From: an uncultured Verrucomicrobiae bacterium
GTDB taxonomy: Bacteria > Verrucomicrobiota > Verrucomicrobiia > Limisphaerales > AAA164-E04
Assembly (NCBI GenBank): GCA_951813855.1
Contig: OX638380.1
Span: 3,934,518 to 3,998,517, forward strand
Direction of reading: 5' to 3'
DNA: 64,000 bases
In this document: positions 1 through 8,156 of the stretch, piece after piece
Position numbering within the stretch: position 1 is the first letter of the stretch
How the letters are laid out: every line of letters begins with the position of its first letter
Translations under genes and position numbers: made by a program
The notes under the pieces: model-generated
Databases searched by the model: none
What the model saw: the letters and a program-made list of their open reading frames with translations, nothing else
What the model was told of the DNA's origin: nothing

Positions 1-1511
1 TCCAGATTCCCGACTTCGAAGGGCCGGGAGATATCGAAATTAAGCGTATAGTCCGTTTCGGTGTAGGAACCCGGGTTGTAGTCGGTTGGAATCCCGTTGG
101 GATTGCCGGCGAATTCCGGGTGCCCCAGCAACTGTGGGTTGATCGTGTTGGAAATGAGAAACTCGGTGTCATGCTGGCCCACCACGGCGCTGGCGTCGTA
201 GAACCAACCGTTTTCCAACGTGCCTCGTATGCCGCCGGCGAGACTGTATTCGGTTATGACTGCTCCGAAACGCGGCGTAAAGCCGGCCGGGAAGCGTTCA
301 TTGAAAGCGTAAAACGCCGGTTGCGTAGGATTGTCGGGATCGCGGTTGTCAGGATGCTGGGTGTTGACGTCGCCAAGTCCTTGCAGCAGATCGGGGGTGG
401 GAGCGAGAACGCCGGACGTCGGTGCATATTCCAAGGTCGGAACGGTCGCCCGGTCGGGATTAGCCCTCAGGTCAGCAACCAAGTGATGCAGCGGATGTCC
501 ATTTTTTCCTCGGAAAACACCCTGTTGGCTGTTGATCAGGGGATTGCGAAAGAAAAAACTGTTGTCGGATTCGCGTTCGGCGAAATTGGGAAAGAAATAG
601 ACTTCGGCTTGATCGGTCAGCGGGGCGGCGAGATTGCCGAAGAGCTTGATTTCGTAGTTGAATTCGGGGTTTCCCCAGTTGACGACCGGGTCGCGCACGC
701 TATGTCCGGCAGCCGCGAACAATGGTGCAAAGGGCGCGAGCGCTGCGGCGTCCGCTCGCTGAATGGCGCGATCAGTTGATTTGCTTTCGGAATATTCGAC
801 GCTGAAGTTGGCGTAACCGGTTCGTTCTTTGCCCGGCAACAAGGGCATCCCGGTATTCGCTGCTACGGTATACGTGTTGCCGTCGCCTTCGTAGTATTGT
901 CCCCATCGGGCTTCCACGGAGCCTTCGCTGGCGCTGTCCTTGAGCACGAAATTGATGACTCCGGCGATTGCGTCCGAACCGTATTGGGCAGAGGTGCCGT
1001 CGCGCAGGATTTCGACTCGTTTGATGGCGATGTAGGGAATGGTCGACAGATCGGCTCCTTGGGAGCCGTCGGATACTCCTCCGGTGATATGGGCGATGAC
1101 CGAAGCACGATGGCGTCGTTTGCCGTTAATGAGTATGAGGGTCGAGTCAGGCGGTAATCCGCGCAAGTTGGCGGGGACTATCAGCGAAGACGCCCCCGAA
1201 ATGGACGATTGCGACACGTTGAAGGAAGGAGCTACCACGCTCAGCATGGATTTGACGTCGACGAATCCCTGAGTGGTAAGTTCTTCGGGGTTGATGAGAT
1301 CTACCGGTACGGGAGAATCGGCTAGCGAACGGTCCCTTCGTCGAGTTCCCACGGCGACCAGCTCTTCCAATTCGGCTACTTCCCCCGGATTCGAATTGCC
1401 GCTGGCGCCAGGATTTTCCGTCGGTGAATCGTTCGTGGAAACGGACTCTTGAGCTTGGAGTCGGGGAAACGCGAAAAAGAACAGAAGAACGAAAGCCAGC
1501 GATGATTTCAT
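1..1511 (-). CDS. TonB-dependent receptor, N-terminal ~503 codons (3' end runs off the left window edge)
   Basis: Absent from the ORF track because the frame is still open at position 1. Manual translation from the ATG at 1511..1509 gives MKSSLAFVLLFFFAFPRLQAQESV (signal peptide). The plug region follows: DSPVPVDLINPEELTTQGF...LILINGKRRHRASV...IKRVEILRDGTSAQYGSDAIAGVINFVLKD. It aligns along its whole length (~60% by eye) with the 49311..52004 receptor. Confidence 0.85.
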   Translation of the reverse strand, partial: MKSSLAFVLLFFFAFPRLQAQESVSTNDSPTENPGASGNSNPGEVAELEELVAVGTRRRDRSLADSPVPVDLINPEELTTQGFVDVKSMLSVVAPSFNVSQSSISGASSLIVPANLRGLPPDSTLILINGKRRHRASVIAHITGGVSDGSQGADLSTIPYIAIKRVEILRDGTSAQYGSDAIAGVINFVLKDSASEGSVEARWGQYYEGDGNTYTVAANTGMPLLPGKERTGYANFSVEYSESKSTDRAIQRADAAALAPFAPLFAAAGHSVRDPVVNWGNPEFNYEIKLFGNLAAPLTDQAEVYFFPNFAERESDNSFFFRNPLINSQQGVFRGKNGHPLHHLVADLRANPDRATVPTLEYAPTSGVLAPTPDLLQGLGDVNTQHPDNRDPDNPTQPAFYAFNERFPAGFTPRFGAVITEYSLAGGIRGTLENGWFYDASAVVGQHDTEFLISNTINPQLLGHPEFAGNPNGIPTDYNPGSYTETDYTLNFDISRPFEVGNL

Positions 1512-1695
1512 GACGTAGTGTTTCGACTGTCAGCTGTTTCCAGTTAAAAAATAGTGGATCGCGACCGATCATAACGAAAAACGAAACCAAGTCGAGCGTT
1601 TTTAAAGCTGCCGAGGCACCTGGAGCGGCTTCGGATTTCCTGAGGGAGCGGGAAAGCAGGTGGTGAAGGGGAACTTGCGGAGGAAGCCGGTTCGG

Positions 1696-1908
1696 TTAAC
1701 CGAGGCGGTAGACGATGCGCGCCTTGTCCAGATCGTACGGCGACATTTCGATCTTCACGCGATCGCCGATGGTCAGGCGGATGAAGCGCTTTCTCATTTT
1801 ACCGGAAATATGCGCGAGCACAATATGGCCGTTCTCGAGTTCGATGCGAAACATGGTCCCGGGCAGAACCGCCTTTACCGTGCCTTCCGTCTCAATGTGT
1901 TTTTCCAT
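1696..1908 (-). CDS. infA: translation initiation factor IF-1
   Basis: The 70-aa [65 protein letters not shown] is a textbook IF-1 S1-fold sequence. Confidence 0.97.
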   Translation of the reverse strand: MEKHIETEGTVKAVLPGTMFRIELENGHIVLAHISGKMRKRFIRLTIGDRVKIEMSPYDLDKARIVYRLG

Positions 1909-2028
1909 CCGTAATGCCGATCACCGATCAAGGTAGAGGGATTGAGACTGCCGCGTTTTTCGGAGAAATCAAGCGGAAACCTCGTTGCGTCTGATCGATT
2001 TTTGGGCTAGAGTGAGAGCACGTCGCGC

Positions 2029-2718
2029 ATGATGAACACGGCCGAATACCAGGTGACTTACGTAAGCAACCCTCGGGCCAAGAGTTACATTCTCCGGGTG
2101 CCCGATCTGCGCAACGTACGCGTGACCGTGCCGCGAGGAGGCAATCGCCGCCGGGCCGAGGAATTTTTGGAATCCCGCCGGCATTGGGTGGAACGGCAGC
2201 GTGAAGTCATTCGCCGGTGCGTCGTCGACAAGCCTTTAAGTTGGAGTGTCGGATCGGTGGTCTGGTTTCGGGGACATCGGGAGATCATCGAGGCCGATGC
2301 CGACGGCGGGATCCGGGTCGGCGATTTGAAATTGAAACCCGGTCAGATTCGTGAGGATCTTCAGGCGGCCGTTCAGGGCCAGATGTGGCGAACGGCTTGG
2401 GTCGAATTGCCCGCACTGGTGAAGCGGCAAGCCGGTCTCATGGGGCTGAATCCTACCCGGATTTCGATCCGGAATCAGCGAACCCGATGGGGCTCGTGTT
2501 CCTCGAAACGAACCATCTCGTTGAACTGGCGCTTGATTCAAACTCCAGAGGAGGTGAGTCGGTATGTCGTCATTCACGAACTCTGCCACATGTTCGAACA
2601 GAATCACTCAGTTCGCTTTTGGAGCGCCGTCGGCAGATATTGCCCCGATTACCGCAGTCAAGAGGGGTGGCTCAAACGGTACGGGCGCGAATTATTCCAC
2701 GAGTCACACCGCCGGTGA
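2029..2718 (+). CDS. YgjP-like (DUF45 / M48-related) zinc metallohydrolase
   Basis: The C-terminal region RTRWGSCSSKRTISLNWRLIQTPEEVSRYVVIHELCHMFEQNHSVRFW carries the HExxH motif in the DUF45 arrangement. Confidence 0.85.
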   Translation: MMNTAEYQVTYVSNPRAKSYILRVPDLRNVRVTVPRGGNRRRAEEFLESRRHWVERQREVIRRCVVDKPLSWSVGSVVWFRGHREIIEADADGGIRVGDLKLKPGQIREDLQAAVQGQMWRTAWVELPALVKRQAGLMGLNPTRISIRNQRTRWGSCSSKRTISLNWRLIQTPEEVSRYVVIHELCHMFEQNHSVRFWSAVGRYCPDYRSQEGWLKRYGRELFHESHRR

Positions 2719-3447
2719 CCGGTTTTCGAATTGGGTCTGGAGCCATGCGACGGTAGCTCGGGTCATGGCCTCGGTGTGGGGTTCGGAGAAAACGTGATCG
2801 GCCCCCGGAAGCGAAATCAGTTTCACCCGGTCTCTGGTTTTGGCCCGGATATCTTCCGAATCCTGGAACGGTACGACGTCGTCTCGATCGCCATGAACCA
2901 AGAGCCAAGGCGCGGTGATTCGGCCGGCGTGATCCAGGGTGGTTTCGATCGCCGTCAGATCGTTCATGAAGGATTGCGAGAGCGGACAATTGTCGTCGTC
3001 CCACATGTAACCTTGGCCGGGAGTGACTTCGCCGAATTCGGTCTGGGCGAATTTCGCCGGATAGACCATGCCGGCCAAGGTGACCAAATAGCGGATTCGG
3101 GGATCCTTGGCGGCGAGGATGACGCCGACCGCTCCCCCCATGCTGTGGCCCACGTAGGCGACCTCGCGGTCGGCTGTCCGGTCCAGAATGCTTTCCAAAT
3201 CGGCTACTTCCTTGGAAATCGTCGAGTCGGTAAAGCGGCCTTCCGATTGGCCGTTGCCGGAGAACGAAAACCGCAGCGCTGGGATGCCCGCGCTCGAGAG
3301 CGCGTTCGCCAAGGCATGCAGAAACGGACGATCCTTGTTGCCGGTTACGCCGTGGCCAATGAGAGCCAACCGGGAAGAGCCGGAATCGCCGGGGTGCCAA
3401 GAGAAATCGAGGGTCTCGCCTTGGGCGTTTTCGAGGTCGCCGAACAT
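2704..3447 (-). CDS. alpha/beta-fold hydrolase
   Basis: Has the GHSMGG nucleophile elbow and the downstream HGDRDDVVP / ADH acid-His region. It overlaps the previous gene convergently by 15 nt. The other long ORFs at this locus are alternative frames of this gene. Confidence 0.85.
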   Translation of the reverse strand: MFGDLENAQGETLDFSWHPGDSGSSRLALIGHGVTGNKDRPFLHALANALSSAGIPALRFSFSGNGQSEGRFTDSTISKEVADLESILDRTADREVAYVGHSMGGAVGVILAAKDPRIRYLVTLAGMVYPAKFAQTEFGEVTPGQGYMWDDDNCPLSQSFMNDLTAIETTLDHAGRITAPWLLVHGDRDDVVPFQDSEDIRAKTRDRVKLISLPGADHVFSEPHTEAMTRATVAWLQTQFENRSPAV

Positions 3448-3481
3448 AACGCTAACGAGGGAAAGGAAACGTGAAGCCGGA

Positions 3482-3910
3482 CTATTTTACCGTGACTTCG
3501 ATCTTCTTCGATATCAGCGGTTTGTCGTGCGGGATATGGAGATGGTCGCCGAAGATCAATTGCAGGCTATGGACTCCCGGTTCGAGGGTCAGTACCGTTT
3601 CTGTCTGGCCTTTGCCGTAATGGATGATGTTGGCGGTAGCCGGCAGAGGAATGTTGAGATTGGGCATTTCGTCGACGTCGACCAGCAAGTGGTGGTGGCC
3701 GGTGTTTTCGAAGATGACGCCGGCCGGCGCAATGCCCATGCCTTGCAGGCCGAACTTGACGGGAAAGGTTTGCCCGACGGTTTCCCCGTCGGCCGGTGAA
3801 ATGATATAGACGCTGGATCCGGGAGCCGATTTGGTTTTGGGAATGCCCGTCTGGCTGACGCCTATCAGGACGCCGAGGGCGAGCGCGAGGGTAACGATGA
3901 CGTATTTCAT
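3482..3910 (-). CDS. secreted DUF4399-like protein
   Basis: Has an N-terminal signal peptide (MKYVIVTLALALGVLIGVS) and a TGHHHLLVDVD motif that I recognise from DUF4399 proteins. Confidence 0.7.
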   Translation of the reverse strand: MKYVIVTLALALGVLIGVSQTGIPKTKSAPGSSVYIISPADGETVGQTFPVKFGLQGMGIAPAGVIFENTGHHHLLVDVDEMPNLNIPLPATANIIHYGKGQTETVLTLEPGVHSLQLIFGDHLHIPHDKPLISKKIEVTVK

Positions 3911-4176
3911 GAAGTGCTTGGTTGGTCGGTTGACGATTGGGTCGGAACGAGTCGTTAGGCGCGGCCGCCGAGCCGAGAGATCCGGTCGCGCCGCTTTCTT
4001 TCAACCTGTTCCAACCGGACGGGATCGGCAAGCGTTTTTTCCCTGAGGCCGCGCCTGTGGGATTGGGAGGGGACGCTCCGGTCTCCGATCACCCGGTGCC
4101 TGGTTAGGGGGACATTTCGCCGGTGAAAACGCTTGAATCGTAACTGAGTTTCGGATTAGATTTACGACAACTGCTA

Positions 4177-5682
4177 ATGGACCGATCGATGATCAATTCT
4201 GACTGGAGTCGACGCGATTTTTTGAAGACTGCCGGTACGGCCACTCTGGGCGCTTTGGCGGCCAACGCTCCCGTCGCCGTCGGGTCCGAAGCGGAGCCGG
4301 CACCCGAGCCCACCGCCGATAGCCTGATCGTCTTGTGGATGGGCGGCGGGATGGCCTCGACGGAAACGTTCGATCCCAAACGCTACGTTCCTTTCGAGCG
4401 GGGCATGGACCCGGACCGGGTGCTCAGTACATTTCCGCAGATCGATACCGCGGTGGATCATATCAAGTTTTCGGCCGGCTTGGAACGGATCGCCGGCGTG
4501 ATGGATCGAGGAGCGTTGATCCGATCCTATACGGCCGGCGATTTGGGTTTTATCCTTCACTCCCGGCACCAGTATCAATGGCATACGGGATACGCTCCGC
4601 CGCAAACGGTCGCGGCGCCCCATATCGGCGCGGTGATTTCCCGCACGCTCGGACCTCGCGACGAGGCCATGCCGGCCTTTATCGATATCGGTCAACGGTT
4701 TGATGTCGGGGAGGGCGAGGAACTGAAGGCGTTTCATACGGCCGGTTTTCTGGGAAGCGAATACGGGCCCTTCATCGTGCCCTATCCGGACCAGGCGGCG
4801 GACACGGTGCGGCCGCCCAAGGGCATGAGCGTCAGCCGGTTTCAGAATCGTCATAAGCTCTACCAGAAACTCTTGGCGGAGAGTCCCCTCGGGGAATACG
4901 GCAGCGATTATCAGCAGCAATCCCTGATTCGTTCGATGGATAACGCGCACCGGTTGCTTAGTTCGCCGGCCGCCAAGGCGTTCGATCTGTCGCTGGAACC
5001 GAAGGAATCGTTGGCCGAGTATCTCCCCGAGGGAGTCGATCCCGCGACCTTGTCCTCGGCGTCGTTTCGCCGCGACGGATCCTACGAAGCGCAAACGGTC
5101 GGCCGCTTCGGATTGGGATGCCTGTTGGCCAGGCGGCTGGTCGAAAAAGGCGCCCGGTTCATCGAGGTGACCACTGAGTATATTCCGTTCCTCAACTGGG
5201 ATACTCACGAACACGGTCATCAACGGTTGGTCGACATGAAACGGCAGATCGATCGTCCGGTGGCCCGGTTGATTTTGGATTTGGAGGAACGCGGCTTGTT
5301 GGATCGAACCTTGGTGGTCTTGGCCAGTGAATTCAGCCGGGACATGATGACCGAAGGGAAACCCGGCAGAAAGGTCCGGGATCAGGTGTTCGTTCCGGAA
5401 AAAATCCAGGAAGAAAAGCATTACGGCATGCATCGGCATTTTACCGACGCCGGCTGCGTTCTGCTCTTCGGCGGCGGCGTCAAACGAGGGGTTCTCCATG
5501 GGGTGACGGCAGAGGAACGTCCCTGCAAGACGATCAGCGATCGGGTGGTGATCGAAGATTTGCATGCGACCCTTTACCGGGCCATGGGCATCTCGCCCCG
5601 GCACGCCTACGAAATCGAACAACGTCCGTTCTATGTGACCCGGGACGGCTTGGGGCGCCCGATCGAGGCCCTGTTCGGTTGA
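4177..5682 (+). CDS. DUF1501 domain protein (Tat-exported, sulfatase-fold)
   Basis: Has the twin-arginine leader SRRDFLKTAGTATLGALAA and a 501-aa body typical of PVC DUF1501 proteins. The 482-aa antisense ORF 4174..5622 is a mirror artefact. Confidence 0.9.
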   Translation: MDRSMINSDWSRRDFLKTAGTATLGALAANAPVAVGSEAEPAPEPTADSLIVLWMGGGMASTETFDPKRYVPFERGMDPDRVLSTFPQIDTAVDHIKFSAGLERIAGVMDRGALIRSYTAGDLGFILHSRHQYQWHTGYAPPQTVAAPHIGAVISRTLGPRDEAMPAFIDIGQRFDVGEGEELKAFHTAGFLGSEYGPFIVPYPDQAADTVRPPKGMSVSRFQNRHKLYQKLLAESPLGEYGSDYQQQSLIRSMDNAHRLLSSPAAKAFDLSLEPKESLAEYLPEGVDPATLSSASFRRDGSYEAQTVGRFGLGCLLARRLVEKGARFIEVTTEYIPFLNWDTHEHGHQRLVDMKRQIDRPVARLILDLEERGLLDRTLVVLASEFSRDMMTEGKPGRKVRDQVFVPEKIQEEKHYGMHRHFTDAGCVLLFGGGVKRGVLHGVTAEERPCKTISDRVVIEDLHATLYRAMGISPRHAYEIEQRPFYVTRDGLGRPIEALFG

Positions 5683-5703
5683 TCGAGTTTGCGGAAGATA
5701 ACG

Positions 5704-6294
5704 TCAGCCGAGTTTTCCGGAAGTCGCGGGATCCGCGGCAAGTTGCCGATGGCGTTCGGCCAGTTTACTCGCGATGACGGGTATTGCGGTAAAGATCAGA
5801 GTGCTGGCCAGGGTATTGCGAAAGAAGACCCAAGTTTCCGGCCAACTGGCCGTGCCGTGGGTCATGGCCAGAGTCCAGCCGGCCCAGTCCCGGGTGTATT
5901 CCTCGCTCTGGAAGGGATTGAAGAACCAAGCCGCGGTGTTGGTAATCAGATAGAACAGGACGGCGCCAAACAGGCTGCCGGAGAGTAACGTTAGCACCGA
6001 AGCCCGAGAACCGAGCATTCGACCGATGCCGATCAGGAGAGCGTAACTGACGTAGTTGAATAATTGGCTTACGTAAATCAATGGTTGGCCGTAATACAGA
6101 TTGAGAGCCAGGTCGGTCAGCAACAGAACTCCCAAGGGTAATACCCAAGCGCTCCATTTTCCGAAATAGACCCCGGCGCAGAAAGCCAAGGCGTAGGCCG
6201 CGCTGAAATTCGGAGGCATGAGTTCCGGCCAGCGTGTGATCGCGAATGCGACAACCAGGACAATCGGCAACCAATAATGACTTCGCTCGGACAT
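5704..6294 (-). CDS. multi-pass membrane protein, possibly a DUF6580-type transporter component
   Basis: Has about 6 hydrophobic helices (WLPIVLVVAFAITRW, AYALAFCAGVYFG, VLPLGVLLLTDLALNLYY and others). The start is ambiguous between the ATG at 6294 (MSERSHYW) and the ATG at 6369, which would add 25 non-hydrophobic residues. The family name is from memory only. Confidence 0.6.
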   Translation of the reverse strand: MSERSHYWLPIVLVVAFAITRWPELMPPNFSAAYALAFCAGVYFGKWSAWVLPLGVLLLTDLALNLYYGQPLIYVSQLFNYVSYALLIGIGRMLGSRASVLTLLSGSLFGAVLFYLITNTAAWFFNPFQSEEYTRDWAGWTLAMTHGTASWPETWVFFRNTLASTLIFTAIPVIASKLAERHRQLAADPATSGKLG

Positions 6295-6379
6295 CGGTGC
6301 GTCAGCATATTCCCCGCCCGACGATTGGCAACTCAGAAGGCTACAAACTTGCGCTGACGGCTTCTGCATTCCGAGGATC

Positions 6380-6475
6380 TGTTATTTGTCACGTTATTTC
6401 GGGCGATTCATTTCACATTAATCCGTAAGTTTATTGACGATTGAAATATCAAATCGACTACCTGGAAAAGAACAA
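6380..6475 (+). repeat. copy C (shortened) of an AT-rich dispersed module also present at 35084..35235 and 35557..35708
   Basis: TGTTATTTGTCACGTTATTTCGGGCGATTCATTTCACATTAATCCG aligns with TGTTATTTACCACATTAT(A/T)TCGT(G/C)CG(G/A)TATTTTCCATATTAATCCG in copies A and B. The later AAATCGACTACCTGGAAAAGAAC matches A/B if an internal deletion is allowed. Confidence 0.75.
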
Positions 6476-6504
6476 TTAGCGGCTTCCGCGAGAGTGAGCC
6501 TCGA

Positions 6505-6975
6505 TTAGGTCCGAGCGACCGCGGAGCGTCTTTCGAGAGGGTGATGGTCTCGGTACTTCGCTGGAACGCCTTGGGATTGATCTCGGATGTGATTCAAGGT
6601 CGCTGCGTTTGGTTTCGCCGGAACCTGCCCTTCTCGATCGGAGATAATCCTTGAGTCGGGAAATTGGTAAGCCGTCAGTCTCGAAGATTCGGGGGCGATC
6701 GTTTGGACCGTGCCGGTTTTGATTCGCCGGTAACTTTCACGCCACTTTGATTGCAGCCGACTCGTCGGGACGGAATCGTTAACCGCGGCTTCGCGGAGGA
6801 GACGGAGGGGCGAATCGTGACCCTTGGCAAATGACTTGTTCGACGTCCCGGTCGTGGTGGCGAAGATCCCGGTAGAGAACCCTGAACCCGATCGAACTTG
6901 CGGAGGCGAGGGCAACGGTAAGGCAAGACGGTCGCCGATGGGGTTCGAAACGGCGGGAAGGCCCCTTCCGTTCAA
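6505..6975 (-). CDS. hypothetical protein (weak call)
   Basis: This 156-aa ORF fills the gap between two minus-strand genes and starts 28 nt after the kinase stop. It has no recognisable motif and an S/P/R-rich composition, so it could be a chance ORF. Confidence 0.3.
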   Translation of the reverse strand: MNGRGLPAVSNPIGDRLALPLPSPPQVRSGSGFSTGIFATTTGTSNKSFAKGHDSPLRLLREAAVNDSVPTSRLQSKWRESYRRIKTGTVQTIAPESSRLTAYQFPDSRIISDREGQVPAKPNAATLNHIRDQSQGVPAKYRDHHPLERRSAVART

Positions 6976-7003
6976 GTCACCAATGGTTCGGAGAAGGGAA
7001 TCG

Positions 7004-8044
7004 TTAGCGTTTGGGAAGCGTTCTTTTAGGAAATTTTCGGGCCAACCCGAGACAATTATCGAGGGAGAGCATTCCTCCGGTGCAAGTGGGATGGGACAGT
7101 GAGGCGGCGGCTGCGCAATGTCCCACCAAAAGCGAACGAGTCAGATCCCAACCTTCGTGCAATCCCAGCAGGATGCCGGCACAGAAGGCGTCCCCTGCGC
7201 CGGCGCTGCCTTGGACATAGTCTACCGGTAATCGGAGGGAAGGCTTCCAGTAGGACACTCCCTTTTTGGTGCGGGCGTAGGCGCCTTCGCGAAAGTGGAT
7301 TACGACGATTTCTCTAACGCCGGCATTCAACAGGAGCAAGGCGGCGCGTTCCACGAGGGTGGGAACGATATGATCCTTGTCGTCCCGCAGTTCTAACTGG
7401 GTCGTCTGCCCGGCCTCGTATTCGTTGAGGATGCAATAATCGGTATAGGCCAGAGCCGGGGTGACGATGTCGGGGAAACGATCGCTGTCCTCGCTGACGA
7501 CGTCGATCGAGGTTTTGATGCCGGCGCTTTGAGCTCGAGCCAACAAGGCGGCCGCCTGGGTTTGATATTCCGGGTCGGGTTGATCCAAAGCGCCCATCAG
7601 CAGCAAATAGCCCAAATGAAAGATGCGGGTGGTGATCCGTTCGAAATCCAAATCTTCGCCCGTCCATTCGTCGTTGGCACCGCGAAAATGAAAGAACGTG
7701 CGCCGCCCGGACTCTTGTTCGGTCATGACGTCGGTGTAGGAAGTCGCAGAATTCTTGCCGATGGTGAGTTGGCGGGTTTTAATGCCGTGTTCCTTGCAAT
7801 GCTGCTGGATTTCTTTCCCCAAATCGTCCGCCCCGACCAAGCCGGCCGCTTCGAGCGGGAAGTCGACTCCTAATTTGGAGAGGTTGATCAGTACGTTGTA
7901 AGGCGAGCCGCCCGTTCCCCGGGATTCCTCATAGATGTTCGAAAGCGTTTCCGGTTGGGGGAACACGTCGATCATCTTGACGCGATCGACGATCCAGGTT
8001 CCTCCCGCCAGAATGCCGTTACGATCAGTCACCGAAGCAGTCAT
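7004..8044 (-). CDS. PfkB-family carbohydrate kinase
   Basis: Has the ribokinase-like fold signatures GTGGSPYNV near the N-terminus and SAGAGDAFCAG (GAGD anion hole) near the C-terminus. Confidence 0.9.
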   Translation of the reverse strand: MTASVTDRNGILAGGTWIVDRVKMIDVFPQPETLSNIYEESRGTGGSPYNVLINLSKLGVDFPLEAAGLVGADDLGKEIQQHCKEHGIKTRQLTIGKNSATSYTDVMTEQESGRRTFFHFRGANDEWTGEDLDFERITTRIFHLGYLLLMGALDQPDPEYQTQAAALLARAQSAGIKTSIDVVSEDSDRFPDIVTPALAYTDYCILNEYEAGQTTQLELRDDKDHIVPTLVERAALLLLNAGVREIVVIHFREGAYARTKKGVSYWKPSLRLPVDYVQGSAGAGDAFCAGILLGLHEGWDLTRSLLVGHCAAAASLSHPTCTGGMLSLDNCLGLARKFPKRTLPKR

Positions 8045-8156
8045 AGAGCAATATCTGGGGGATTATTGGAGCGATCGATTTCTTTCAGGTTCGTCACGGG
8101 AGGCTAACGGAAGATCGGCCCGATGGCAATTGCCGGTTCGTGGCGCCGCAGAGCGA

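Noticed and set aside
120-1590. Listed ORFs 120..779(+), 863..1108(-), 897..1157(+), 1039..1272(+) and 1147..1590(-).
   Set aside because: All lie antisense to or out of frame with the open TonB-dependent receptor frame (1..1511, minus strand). Their products are low-complexity and carry no motifs.
4174-5622. 482-aa ORF antisense to the DUF1501 gene. The same pattern occurs at 27369..28997 (antisense to the kinase), 42024..43151 (antisense to LamG), 15825..16673 (antisense to cobA-hemD), 11187..11942, 12220..12966 and 60153..60989.
   Set aside because: These are long mirror ORFs, as expected in GC-rich DNA. Their products are Arg/Pro/Gly-rich without motifs, while the sense-strand genes have clear family signatures.
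4177-5682. Search for the usual DUF1549/DUF1553 (PSCyt) partner of the DUF1501 gene.
   Set aside because: The neighbours are a DUF4399 protein and a membrane protein, and no partner is present in the window. An orphan DUF1501 gene is not by itself remarkable.
6295-6500. Possible cobalamin or other riboswitch in the leader of the DUF6580-like membrane protein.
   Set aside because: I found no B12-box-like or other riboswitch core sequence on the minus strand. The conserved element there matches the dispersed AT-rich module instead.
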